DNA of 64,000 nt, taken from NCBI GenBank assembly GCA_965235115.1, contig OZ249437.1:19654001-19718000 (forward strand), written 5' to 3'. Shown one piece after another: positions 13,530 through 25,589 of this stretch (positions are counted from its first letter, which is position 1; the number at the start of each line of letters is the position of its first letter). The stretch comes from Laetmonice hystrix (lineage: Eukaryota). Position numbers and translations under genes: made by a program. The notes under the pieces were generated by a model. The model saw nothing but the letters and a program-made list of their open reading frames with translations. It was not told where the DNA came from and did not search any database.

Positions 13530-14157
13530 GTGCGTATTTGACAGAGTATAATCGTGACAGAGAATGTTTCCTGTCGATTATCAGTGCATCCCGTTACCTG
13601 AATCTCAGTTAGCATCCATCGATTCCCGGCGGCATGTTGGTATTGTTAAATTAAAGGTTACACCAACTTTGGTGCTAGTGCCTACCAAACAGGTACGTGA
13701 GAGAATATATGTCAGTTAACCTAGGCTGCATAGAAGTTTTGGTAGGAACGCAACCAGACATTGATCAGCAGTAGCTTACACTGGCTGGCTGGCTGTATGG
13801 GTGGATGGATGGAGCTACCTCCACACGCACACCACCAATTGCACGGGTGAAAACTGTGAGCGTTGATCGGCAGTGAGCAAGCGCCTAGCCAGGAACCTCA
13901 ACTCTACCACCAACAGGCAAGCTGGCAGTCAGACGTAGCTAACTACCAGTGGCGGCAGCAGCAGCAGCAGCAGTAGCGGACTGCAGCAGGCAGGCAGGCA
14001 AGGCGGGCGGGCAGTCGTCGGCGTGGCAGCCAGCAGTGGAGGCGGAGGCCGGCTGAGGTGGCTCAGGCTGAGAGCCTTGGTGCCTCCCGTTATTGGCTGA
14101 CTCCACGGATTGCTGTAGTGTTGCTCCTCCTTAATGCCAGAGTGTACAACTTACCAG

Positions 14158-14267
14158 GAATACCTTTACTCGGACCCCAGTCGACGCTACATCGCCAGCC
14201 CCAAGGACAAGAGGTCAGGTCGTTGCCCACCACACTCCGCCCAGCTTCTCCAGGGCGGGACTCCTGC
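14158..14267 (+). CDS. Candidate coding exon (EYLYSDPSRRYIASPKDKRSGRCPPHSAQLLQGGTP), unknown protein
   Basis: TTACCAG| acceptor, coding-like codon choice, possible donors at 14214 or 14268 (GTAAAG). It conflicts with an antisense 122-aa ORF that has its own strong donor. Confidence 0.25.
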
Positions 14268-14987
14268 GTAAAGCGGGTGGAGGACTGCGGGTTGTGGGTT
14301 GGACTGTCGTGGAGTGTAACCTCTCCAGACCAGTCGTCTGTGTGGAACTTGTTCCTAGTGGGCACGGCCTCAGGGCCACATTGAGCAGGATGCTTGCTGT
14401 ACCACCAACTGCCAGTTCGTCTCGCAGGAGGCATTCCTGGATCTGGTACGTTGAGCATGATACCGCTTTCATTTCGTGTATCGCACAGTTAAAATATCTT
14501 GAACTGTAGGATTTTTACTTAGTCTGTATTCTTGTGAGCTACTCAGAAGTATGTGATAGCAGTTCTCACAGTAAAGTCATTCATCCTGAACGTTGTGTAT
14601 ACAGTATAGTAATTATAAGTTTTAATTCCGTCCTACATAGACAAAATAGGGTGCTAGCCCTTGAACCTAAACACGACTTCAGCTTTATGCGCAGGGCTTT
14701 CAACAATAGCACAGAGATCATGACATACTGATAGAGGATGACAATCGCTATTTAAACCGGTAGGCCATAGACACAAAAAAAGAAGAAACGGATACATTAG
14801 TGCCCTACTTTACTCTGGTTGGATCATAAATATGGCGTGTGAAACGTGGTGAATGTCCTTTCGTTGGTGTACTCGAATGTCCTCGCACAGTCGGCAGTCG
14901 GCCCGCTGGGGCTGTGACGGGTTGGGGTGGTGACCTGGCGGTGGCTGGTCAGGCCCCGTCCGGAACCTGCTGTGGCCGGTCTATGTG

Positions 14988-15810
14988 AAGTTCTGGGCTA
15001 GGTCCCGCTGTGGCCGGTCTATGTGAAGTTCTGGGCTAGGTCCCGCTGTGGCCGGTCTATGTGAAGTTCTGGGCTAGGTCCCGCTGTGGCCGGTCTATGT
15101 GAAGTTCTGGGCTAGGTCCCGCTGTGGCCGGTCTATGTGAAGTTCTGGGCTAGGTCCCGCTGTGGCCGGTTGATGTAAAGTTCTGGGTTAGGTCCCGCTG
15201 TGGCAGGTCTATGTGAAGTTCTGGGCTAGGTCCCGCTGTGGCCGGTCTATGTGAAGTTCTGGGTTAGGTCCCGCTGTGGCAGGTCTATGTGAAGTTCTGG
15301 GCTAGGTCCAGTTATGGCAGGTCTATGTGAAGTTCTGGGCTAGGTCCCGCTGTGGCAGGTCTATGTGAAGTTCTGGGCTAGGTCCCGCTGTGGCCGGTCT
15401 ATGTGAAGTTCTGGGATAGGTCCAGTTATGGCCGGTCTATGTGAAGTTCTGGGATAGGTCCAGTTATGGCAGGTCTATGTGAAGTTCTGGGCTAGGTCCC
15501 GCTGTGGCAGGTCTATGTGAAGTTCTGGGCTAGGTCCCGCTGTGGCAGGTCTATGTGAAGTTCTGGGCTAGGTCCCGCTGTGGCAGGTCTATGTGAAGTT
15601 CTGGGCTAGGTCCCGCTCTGGCCGGTCTATGTGAAGTTCTGGGCTAGGTCCCGCTCTGGCAGGTCTATGTGGAGTTCTAGACTAGGTCCCGCTGTGGCCG
15701 GTCTATGTGAAGTTCTGGGATAGGTCCAGTTATGGCAGGTCTATGTGAAGTTCTGGGCTAGGTCCCGCTGTGGCAAGTCTATGAAGTTCTGGGCTAGGTC
15801 CCGCTGTGGC
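14988..15810 (+). repeat. 38-bp minisatellite (GGTCCCGCTGTGGCCGGTCTATGTGAAGTTCTGGGCTA), about 21 copies
   Basis: Direct periodicity. Confidence 0.97.
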
Positions 15811-16339
15811 TAGTCTAGCTGAGGTCCAGATAGAGGTCCACGTCCTGCTGTTGCCAGTCTTATCTGAAGACCTAAAACAGTCCCAGGCCACGCCCCGCTG
15901 CGGCCAGTCTGTATGGGGCCCTCCGTGGGCAATCTAAATGAGGTTCTACTGTGCAGCTTGTTGAGACCTGATGGAGTCCTGTCCCATGTCCCGTTCTGAC
16001 CACTCTATTCTCGACTGGGAGGACCCATGGGTCTCTGAACAAGGTACGTGTAGTCTCGCTCATGACTGGGAGAGATGATCTTAGGAACCGCTTTCCATTT
16101 TTCAAATTCCATTCTACTTGAATTGGTGTGAAAGACGGACAACAACAGGGCGCGGTGCCGTCATGCTAGCACAGGAAGTCAGTCTGTACCGACAAGGTTG
16201 TAAACAATTAGTAGATAGAAATACAGACAGGGAGTGGCATGCTGTATGAGAGTGAAAACTCAATCTGACAACGTACTGCTCCACCCCAGGTGTGTGAGGG
16301 AACAGACAGTACCAGATGGAATGCTGCCTCAGTACGTGC

Positions 16340-16856
16340 CCCATCCGGTGGATCCTCATCTCCACATCTTAAAATATATCCCTACCTCTAGCCTTGCCCA
16401 TCCTGTGGATCCTCATCTCCACACCCCAAAATATATCCCTACCCCTAGCCTTGCCCACCCGGTGGATCCTCATCTCCACACCCCAAAATATATCCATACC
16501 CCTAGCCTTGCCCACCTGGTGGATCCTCATCTCCACATCTTAAAATATATCCCTACCCCTAGCCTTGCCCAACCATTGGATCCTCATCTCCACACCCCAA
16601 AATATATCCATACCCCTAGCCTTGCCCACCGGGTGGATCCTCATCTCCACACCCCAAAATATATCCATACCCCTAGCCTTGCCCACCCGGTGGATCCTCA
16701 TCTCCACATCTTAAAATATATCCATACCCCTAGCCTTGCCCATCCTGTGGATCCTCATCTCCACATCCCAAAATATATCCCTACCCCTAGCCTTGCCCAT
16801 CCTGTGGATCCTCATCTCCACATCCCAAAATATATCCCTACCCCTAGCCTACCCTA
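16340..16856 (+). repeat. 57-bp C-rich minisatellite, about 9 copies, ending in a CCCTAA-like tract
   Basis: Direct periodicity (19-aa periodic ORF). Confidence 0.95.
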
Positions 16857-16984
16857 ATCCTAACCCTAATCTTCGTGGGAATGTTTTCATGGGAACCACC
16901 GCCGCAGGTCATAGCGTGTTGCTGCCCGTCCTTGGCGATGTGGCGCATTGTATTGAGCACATTGCCGCGTCAGAAAGAAAACTG

Positions 16985-17730
16985 TCCTGTCACCCCCTGA
17001 CTGCCAGCTGTGTGAATCTGTCCACCCCTGAATGCCAGGTGTGTGAATCAGACTGTCCTGTCACCCCCTGACTGCCAGGTGGGTGAATCTGTCCACCCCT
17101 GAATGCCAGGTGTGTGAATCAGACTGTCCTGTCACCCCCTGACTAGGTGTGTGAATCTGTCCACCCCCTGACTGCCAGCTGTGTGAATCTGTCATGTCAC
17201 CCCCTGACTGCCAGCTGTGTGAATCTGTCATGTTACCCCCTGACTGCCAGCTGTGTGAATCTGTCATGTCACCCCCTGACTGCCAGGTGTGTGATTCTGT
17301 CATGTCACCCCCTGACTGCCAGGTGTGTGATTCTGTCATGTCACCCCCTGACTGCCAGCTGTGTGAATCTGTCGTGTCACCCCCTCATGTCACTTCCTGA
17401 CTGCCAGGTGTGTGATTCTGTCCTGTCACCCCCTGACAGGTGTGTGAATCAGACTGCCATGTCACCCCTGGCAGATGTGTGAATCAGACTGCCATGTCAC
17501 CCCTGGCAGATGTGTGAATCAGACTGCCATGTCACCCCTGGCAGGTGTGTGAATCAGACTGCCATGTCACCCCTGGCAGGTGTGTGAATCAGACTGCCAT
17601 GTCACCCCTGGCAGGTGTGTGAATCAGACTGCCATGTCACCCCTGGCAGGTGTGTGAATCAGACTGCCATGTCACCCCTGACAGGTGTGTGAAGCAGCCA
17701 GTCCTGTCACCCCCTGACTGCCAGGTGGGT
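16985..17730 (+). repeat. Compound 35-36-bp minisatellite family (GTCACCCCCTGACTGCCAGGTGTGTGAATCTGTCAT and GTCACCCCTGGCAGGTGTGTGAATCAGACTGCCAT)
   Basis: Two related unit types seen in succession. Confidence 0.93.
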
Positions 17731-17842
17731 GAGTAGGATGGGGTAGGTTGTTCTGAGAGGTCCGAGGTTGGGATGAAGGTTATAATTATGTTAGGTTAGG
17801 AATTTTTATAGATTTGTCGTTCTTACTCTCGGATTTTGTAGA

Positions 17843-17980
17843 GATGTTATCGTGAGATCGATTGGTCCTGGTCTGATTGACTCCTACCGATATCACTGCC
17901 TCATGTAACAGTGATGTTATCGTGAGATCGATTGGTCCTGATCTGATTGACTTCAACCGATATCACTGCCTCATGTAATA
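17843..17980 (+). repeat. 70-bp tandem duplication, 2 copies
   Basis: GATGTTATCGTGAGATCGATTGGTCCTG at 17843 and 17913. Confidence 0.9.
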
Positions 17981-18103
17981 GTCACTCATTCAAATGTCAA
18001 CTTCTGTAAGCCACAGGCTACCAAATGATGCTGGTTACGGCAAAGTGTCATGCAACTTCAGCTTGGAAAATCACGACGGGAACTTTATCAGCTACTCCAT
18101 ACA

Positions 18104-18117
18104 GTTACCATGGCAAC
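18104..18117. promoter_or_regulatory. RFX X-box-like motif GTTACCATGGCAAC
   Basis: Matches the GTYNCY-AT-RGNAAC consensus; single site, no linked gene identified. Confidence 0.3.
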
Positions 18118-19023
18118 ATGTCACACTGATTTCTTTCAAATATGCAATTCTCATTTTGCGTCGCGATATTTGGCGTATTTTTGCAATGACGTAAAGTGTT
18201 GTGGCTGGGAAGTCCATGGAAAGATCACCACGTTCATCGACTGGGGAGTAGCCAAAGAAGGACACATTTTATTCAAGAGAACCTTGAGTGCCTGTTGTAA
18301 TATATCCTAACATTATTATCTGGTTTCTTAACGCTTGACATTTGTGAGTCCGTCTACAGGGAAGGCCGGGAGTTTTTCATTCCAGATTGTGTCCTAAAGA
18401 ATGTGTATAGCGAGATAATGCATGATTCATGATGGAAAATGTATCTGGATTGGGTTTCTGAAATCAGTCTACTAGCAGGCGGTAACAAAGATTTATGATC
18501 AGTCTCTACATTACAATCACTATAACCTACCTAACTTTAATCACTTGTGGTATCTGAACAGTTATCAACTTCTAATTGATTATTCTTATCTGAAACTACA
18601 TGTAGAGACCGTCATAGTGGATGGTTGTAATGAATCTCTCCCGCGTGGCGAGTCGTGTACAGGCTGAATACAAAGGGGGCGGAGAGGCGCTAGGTGGACA
18701 CCGTCTGCGGCGGCCTTCGAACTCGCTCCACATCACGCGTCCTCTCACATAACAGCCCTGCCTTTATGATGTCCTTCAAGAAAAGTCCCCCCTCCCCTTT
18801 TTAAGGAGGCAGGGGCTTAAGGAAAATTAGATACATGCCTATGGTAGTTGCCGGGGAAATAGAAATCCAGACACGTTGTATTAAAACGAACACTTTAATC
18901 GTTGGTGTTTAAAATAGCTGCGGTGGCGGTAGCATTTTGCTATGTTTTAATCATCTTTAGAGTGAAATATCATTGCAGTTCTGATACATGTTGCAAAAGT
19001 CTGTTCCCGTGATGATTGGCTCT

Positions 19024-20500
19024 TAAGACTGATTGACAGGCGTTGAAGGCTGTGATAGGACAGACCAGACCATGACGTCAGAGAACTGACCCAAGTAAGT
19101 GACTGATTGACAGGCGTTGAGGGCTGTGATAGGACAGACCAGACCATGACGTCAGAGAACTGACCCAAGTAAGTGACTGATTGACAGGCGTTGAGGGCTG
19201 TGATAGGACAGACCAGACCATGACGTCAGAGAACTGACCCAAGTAAGTGACTGATTGACAGGCGTTGAGGGCTGTGATAGGACAGACCAGACCATGACGT
19301 CAGAGAACTGACCCAAGTAAGTGACTGATTGACAGGCGTTGAGGGCTGTGATAGGACAGACCAGACCATGACGTCAGAGAACTGACCCAAGTAAGTGACT
19401 GATTGACAGGCGTTGAGGGCTGTGATAGGACAGACCAGACCATGACGTCAGAGAACTGACCCAAGTAAGTGACTGATTGACAGACGTTGAGGGCTGTGAT
19501 AGGACAGACCAGACCATGACGTCAGAGAACTGACCCAAGTAAGTGACTGATTGACAGGCGTTGAGGGCTGTGATAGGACAGACCAGACCATGACGTCAGA
19601 GAACTGACCCAAGTAAGTGACTGATTGACAGGCGTTGAGGGCTGTGATAGGACAGACCAGACCATGACGTCAGAGAACTGACCCAAGTAAGTGACTGATT
19701 GACAGACGTTGAAGGCTGTGATAGGACAGACCAGACCATGACGTCAGAGAACTGACCCAAGTAAGTGACTGATTGACAGGCGTTGAGGGCTGTGATAGGA
19801 CAGACCAGACCATGACGTCAGAGAACTGACCCAAGTAAGTGACTGATTGACAGGCGTTGAGGGCTGTGATAGGACAGACCAGACCATGACGTCAGAGAAG
19901 TGACCCAAGTAAGTGACTGATTGACAGCCGTTGAAGGCTGTGATAGGACAGACCAGACCATGACGTCAGAGAACTGACCCAAGTAAGTGACTGATTGACA
20001 GGCGTTGAGGGCTGTGATAGGACAGACCAGACCATGACGTCAGAGAAGTGACCCAAGTAAGTGACTGATTGACAGGCGTTGAAGGCTGTGATAGGACAGA
20101 CCAGACCATGACGTCAGAGAAGTGACCCAAGTAAGTGACTGATTGACAGGCGTTGAAGGCTGTGATAGGACAGACCAGACCATGACGTCAGAGAAGTGAC
20201 CCAAGTAAGTGACTGATTGACAGGCGTTGAGGGCTGTGATAGGACAGACCAGACCATGACGTCAGAGAACTGACCCAAGTAAGTGACTGATTGACAGCCG
20301 TTGAAGGCTGTGATAGGACAGACCAGACCATGACGTCAGAGAACTGACCCAAGTAAGTGACTGATTGACAGGCGTTGAAGGCTGTGATAGGACAGACCAG
20401 ACCATGACGTCAGAGAAGTGACCCAAGTAAGTGACTGATTGACAGGCGTTGAGGGCTGTGATAGGACAGACCAGACCATGACGTCAGAGAACTGACCCAA
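19024..20500 (+). repeat. 74-bp minisatellite, about 20 copies, each containing TGACGTCA and GTAAGT
   Basis: TGACGTCA at 19073, 19147 and onward at a period of 74. Confidence 0.97.
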
Positions 20501-21584
20501 ACACACACAGTATTGGAAGCAGCGAGATGGGTTAGATTATTTGATAGACAGGGTCGTTACCTAAGAATGTGAGTCATGTTAGAGATATTTTGTTGGGTTT
20601 AAAGCAGTTATACGCGGAATATAATCCCTTGACAAAGACGGATTTATCAGATCCTTCACTGAGGCTGACTTTACCAGTTTTATCAGTCTTCCGGTTCACT
20701 TATACGTTGGGTTGCCACCTGTGCCAGATAAAGCCTTTTGACCCTGGCTTCTCTTGGTCAGAGAAAGGATTACGGGGTTCAGGTGTGGGACCTCATGTAT
20801 CTGGGACAGTTCGAGGCTATTCCACCAAGGTAACAACACACGAAATTTGGACCACGTCACCAGGGGTCAGGCCTAGGGGCAGACCTTTTTAGGATTAGGA
20901 GCAGAGCTAGGGCTAGGGACAGAGCAAGGCCTGGGGGCAGAGCTCGGGTTAGGGGCAGAGCTAGGGTTAGTGGCAGGGTTAGGGATAGGGATACGGGTTA
21001 GAGACTGGGGTCAGTGACAGGCCGCACTCGGTGCACAGTCAGTGCCAGGGAGGGGTCTGACGGCTTCCCCTTTCAGCACCCCTGGGGTGTGTTTCTATAA
21101 AGCCCAAAAGACTCTTTGAGACCCTCGCTGAACCCAAAGAGTCTTTGCGGCGACGTGGTGTTTCTATAACACTCTATTCTATAACACTGGTTTCAAAAAG
21201 ACTCTTTTGAAAGACATCTTTCCTTACAGAAACGCACCCCTGATCCCTCACCCCCGGAGTGACCCCCCCCCCCCCCATCCCCCATCCCTCACCCCCGGAG
21301 TGACCCCATCCCCCATCCCCGCCCTTTGCCCCTAGTTTATCCGGCAGCGGGAAGCGACCACGTGCTGGACCAACTCTCTTCGCCTCTTCGTTTCTGTCGT
21401 CTTGCTCCTATCATTTGGAGGATTGTCGTGTCCGCAGATCGACTTGCCTGATGCGGTGGCTGTATCGGTCAAATATTTGACAGGATAAGAAAATCAATAG
21501 AGCGGGCATCGCGAGGCTGTGGATTGTGACGGGAGCCAGAGCTATTTTGTCTGTCCATGACTCCACCTAAGGTGGACTTGTTTA

Positions 21585-21885
21585 TAGGGGACTGGGTGTG
21601 TTTATAGGGGACTGGGTGTGCTTATAGGGGAATGGGTGTGTTTATAGTCGACTGGGTGTGTTTATGGGGACTGGGTGTGTTTATAGGGGACTGGGTGTAT
21701 TTATAGGGGTTGGGTGTGTTTATAGGGAATGGGTGTATTTATAGGGGACTGGGTGTATTTATAGGGGACTGGGTGTATTTATAGGGGAATGGGTGTATTT
21801 AAAGGGGAATGGGTGTATTTATAGGGGAATGGGTGTATTTATAGGGGAATGGGTGTATTTATAGGGGACTGGGTGTATTTATAAA
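21585..21885 (+). repeat. 20-bp minisatellite (TTTATAGGGGACTGGGTGTG), about 15 copies
   Basis: Direct periodicity. Confidence 0.95.
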
Positions 21886-22239
21886 GGATTAGGTGCATCA
21901 ATGGGGTTATTGACTGGGCCTCATGTGATAAGGTTATCATAGTGACCGGGGCTTGGAGGGTCAATGTGGGGGTGGAAGGGGTGTGGTGGGGTGGGAGTCT
22001 GGGGGTGACGAGTAGGGAGGGGTGGGTGAATTTGAATCGGGGATGGAGGGGAGGGGGAGGGGTGGGATGGATGTGAAAAGATTGGAATCAAGCGGTAAGG
22101 AATGTGAGGGCGTGATTGGGCTGGACTGGGCTGTGGGAGGTTGGCGGGGGGGGGGGGGGGGAAATGGGAGCAATATAATGGAAATAGTGTATATCATAAC
22201 GGAAATGCTATGGTGGGGGTTTGAAATAGGGGACGTAGA

Positions 22240-22797
22240 GATGGAGTTAGAGTGGGGTAATGGGGGTGTTGTCAGGGGGTAGGGGTATGGAGATAGGTGG
22301 GGGGTTGGAGTTAGAGTGGGGTAATGGGTTGTGGTGTCAGGGGTAGGGGTATGGAGTTAGGGTGGGGTAATGGGGTGGTGTCAGGGATAGGGGTATGGAG
22401 TTAGGGTGGGGTAATGGGGTGGTGTCAGGGATAGGGATATGGAGTTAGGGTGGGGTAATGGGGGGGTGTCAGGGGTAGGGGTATGGAGTTAGGGTGGGGT
22501 AATGGGGGTGGTGTCAGGGGTAGGGGTATGGAGTTAGGGTGGGGTAATGGGGGTGGTGTCAGGGGTAGGGGTATGGAGTTAGGGTGGGGTAATGGAGGTG
22601 GTGTCAGGGGTAGGGGTATGGAGTTAGGGTGGGGTAATGGGGGTGGTGTCAGGGGTAGGGGTATGGAGTTAGGGTGGGGTAATGGGGGTGGTGTCAGGGG
22701 AAGGGGTATGGAGTTAGGGTGGGGTAATGGGGGTGGTGTCAGGGGTAGGGGTATGGAGTTAGGGTGGGGTAATGGAGGTGGTGTCAGGGGTAGGGGT
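22240..22797 (+). repeat. 45-bp G-rich minisatellite (TGGAGTTAGGGTGGGGTAATGGGGGTGGTGTCAGGGGTAGGGGTA), about 12 copies
   Basis: Direct periodicity; five G3+ runs per unit. Confidence 0.96.
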
Positions 22798-23849
22798 GAA
22801 TGGTAGGTGTCTGATGTGATAGCGGTACATGATTTCTGTTGATGTGATAGAGCTAGGCCTACATGGTGTCTGACGGGAAGAGGGAGGTGAATGGTAGGTG
22901 TCAGGATGTAGCAGTGGCCCAAACAAGTCGACATTCGAAGGTGATCATTTACATAGAAACCTACAAAAGAATCAGGTTTAGGTCGGCCAGAGACTCAGGG
23001 GAACCATCTGAAGGATTCATAAAGAAACCAGCAAAGTCCATGTATTACTTATGTATGTGTAAGTTCAATCATGCACACATGTGCTCCGTTATACATACCT
23101 ACATATACCAAAAAAGTTCTGTTCCATGATGGTGAATATTGATTTCTTTGATTAATCAAATTAAACATGGTAGCGACAGGGTACGCGATGATATCCATTA
23201 AATCATCAATAAGCCAGTATGTATACATGTATAAAGGTCTATGTTACGGTCAGTATGTATACATGTATATGTAAAGTGTTACGGTCAGAGTGTCAGTATG
23301 TATATGTAAAGGTCTATAGTGCCGTGTTACGGAGGTTTTCAATGACGTTCAATCTGTATTGGTCTCGTTGTCGAGAATCTGGCACGCGGACAACTGCAGA
23401 CCACAAGCCCAGGATCAATAATTCAACAGCCATTGTTGATCTCTGACGGGACCAAACTTACGCAGGGCTCTGGTTGACAAACACAGAAAGAGATTACTTG
23501 TGGGACAGGACAACCATTGGTGTGTTTTTTAAAGATTGATTTTAGATTTAGATGTTAGATTTTTAGATTGTGTGTAATCGTGTGTGGTGTGGTGACGTTA
23601 TACCGGGAGGTTGGGGGTATAGTTGGCGTCGTGCCAATGAACGCCACGTGTATACGTCATGTAGCGGTGGTAGGACGTATGCTGGAACAATAACACAGAA
23701 AACGGCTCATCGATATAGGAACGTTCACACCAAACCGTGGTTAGGGGTAGGGGTAGGGGTAGGGGAGAGAGAGGGGTAAGTTTTGTAGGTGAGGTCTGGG
23801 GACAAGGGGTAGGGGAGAGGAGGGGTAAGTTTTGTAGGTGAGGTCTGGG

Positions 23850-25589
23850 GGCCTAGTCTAGGGGGTGAGGTGTAGGTTTGGGGACCTAGTCTAGGGGTTA
23901 GGTGTAGGGTTGGGGACCTAGTCTAGGGGTTAGGTGTAGGTTTGGGGACCTAGTCTAGGAGTTAGGTGTAGGGTTGGGAACCTAGTCTAGGGGTTAGGTG
24001 TAGGTTTGGGGACCTAGTCTAGGGGTTAGGTGTAGGTTTGGGGACCTAGTCTAGGGGTTAGGTGTAGGTTTGGAGACCTAGTGTAGGGGTTAGGTGTAGG
24101 TTTGGAGACCTAGTCTAGGGGTTAGGTGTAGGGTTGGGGACCTAGTCTAGGGGTTAGGTGTAGGTTTGGGGACCTAGTGTAGGGGTTAGGTGTAGGTTTG
24201 GAGACCTAGTCTAGGGGTTAGGTGTAGGTTTGGGGACCTAGTCTAGGGGTTAGGTGTAGGTTTGGAGACCTAGTCTAGGGGTTAGGTGTAGGTTTGGAGA
24301 CCTAGTCTAGGGATTAGGTGTAGTTTTGGGGACCTAGTCTAGGGGTTAGGTGTAGGTTTGGGGACCTAGTCTAGGGGTTAGGTGTAGGTTTGGAGACCTA
24401 GTCTAGGGGTTAGGTGTAGGTTTGGGGACCTAGTCTAGGGGTTAGGTGTAGGTTTGGAGACCTAGTCTAGGAGTTAGGTGTAGGTTTGGGGACCTAGTCT
24501 AGGGGTTAGGTGTAGGTTTGGAGACCTAGTCTAGGGGTTAGGTGTAGGTTTGGAGACCTAGTCTAGGGGTTAGGTGTAGGTTTGGGGACCTAGTCTAGGG
24601 GGTGAGGTGTAGGTTTGGGGACCTAGTCTAGGGGTTAGGTGTAGGTTTGGAGACCTAGTCTAGGGGTTAGGTGTAGGTTTGGGGACCTAGTCTAGGGGTT
24701 AGGTGTAGGTTTGGAGACCTAGTCTAGGGGTTAGGTGTAGGTTTGGGGACCTAGTCTAGGGGTGAGGTGTAGGTTTGGAGACCTAGTCTAGGGATTAGGT
24801 GTAGGTTTGGGGACCTAGTCTAGGAGTTAGGCGTAGGTTTGGGGACCTAGTCTAGGGGTTAGGTGTAAGTTTGGGGACCTAGTCTAGGGGTTAGGTGTAG
24901 GTTTGGGGACCTAGTCTAGGGATTAGGTGTAGGTTTGGGGACCTAGTCTAGGGGTTAGGTGTAGGTTTGGAGACCTAGTCTAGGGGTTAGGTGTAGGTTT
25001 GGGGACCTAGTCTAGGGGTTAGGTGTAAGTTTGGGGACCTAGTCTAGGGGTTAGGTGTAAGTTTGGGGACCTAGTCTAGGGGTTAGGTGTAGGTTTGGGG
25101 ACCTAGTGTAGGGGTTAGGTGTAGGTTTGGGGACCTAGTCTAGGAGTTAGGCGTAGGTTTGGGGACCTAGTCTAGGGGTTAGGTGTAAGTTTGGGGACCT
25201 AGTCTAGGGGTTAGGTGTAGGTTTGGGGACCTAGTCTAGGGATTAGGTGTAGGTTTGGGGACCTAGTCTAGGGGTTAGGTGTAGGTTTGGAGACCTAGTC
25301 TAGGGGTTAGGTGTAGGTTTGGAGACCTAGTCTAGGAGTTAGGTGTAGGTTTGGGGACCTAGTCTAGGGGTTAGGTGTAGGTTTGGGGACCTAGTCTAGG
25401 GGTTAGGTGTAGGTTTGGGGACCTAGTCTAGGGATTAGGTGTAGGTTTGGGGACCTAGTCTAGGGGTTAGGTGTAGTTTGGGGGACCTAGTCTAGGGGTT
25501 AGGTGTAGTTTTGGGGACCTAGTCTAGGGGTTAGGTGTAGGCTTGGAGACCTAGTCTAGGGGTTAGGTGTAGGTTTGGGGACCTAGTCC
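23850..25589 (+). repeat. 32-bp minisatellite (GGGGTTAGGTGTAGGTTTGGGGACCTAGTCTA), about 54 copies
   Basis: Direct periodicity; contains CCTAG-T-CTAGG and TTAGG. Confidence 0.97.

Noticed and set aside
16234-16857. His/Pro-rich 207-aa repeat ORF
   Set aside because: It coincides with the 57-bp array, and nothing outside the repeat supports coding.
23850-25589. Possible telomeric array
   Set aside because: The unit is a complex 32-mer that only contains TTAGG; it is not (TTAGG)n or (TTAGGG)n and is internal.
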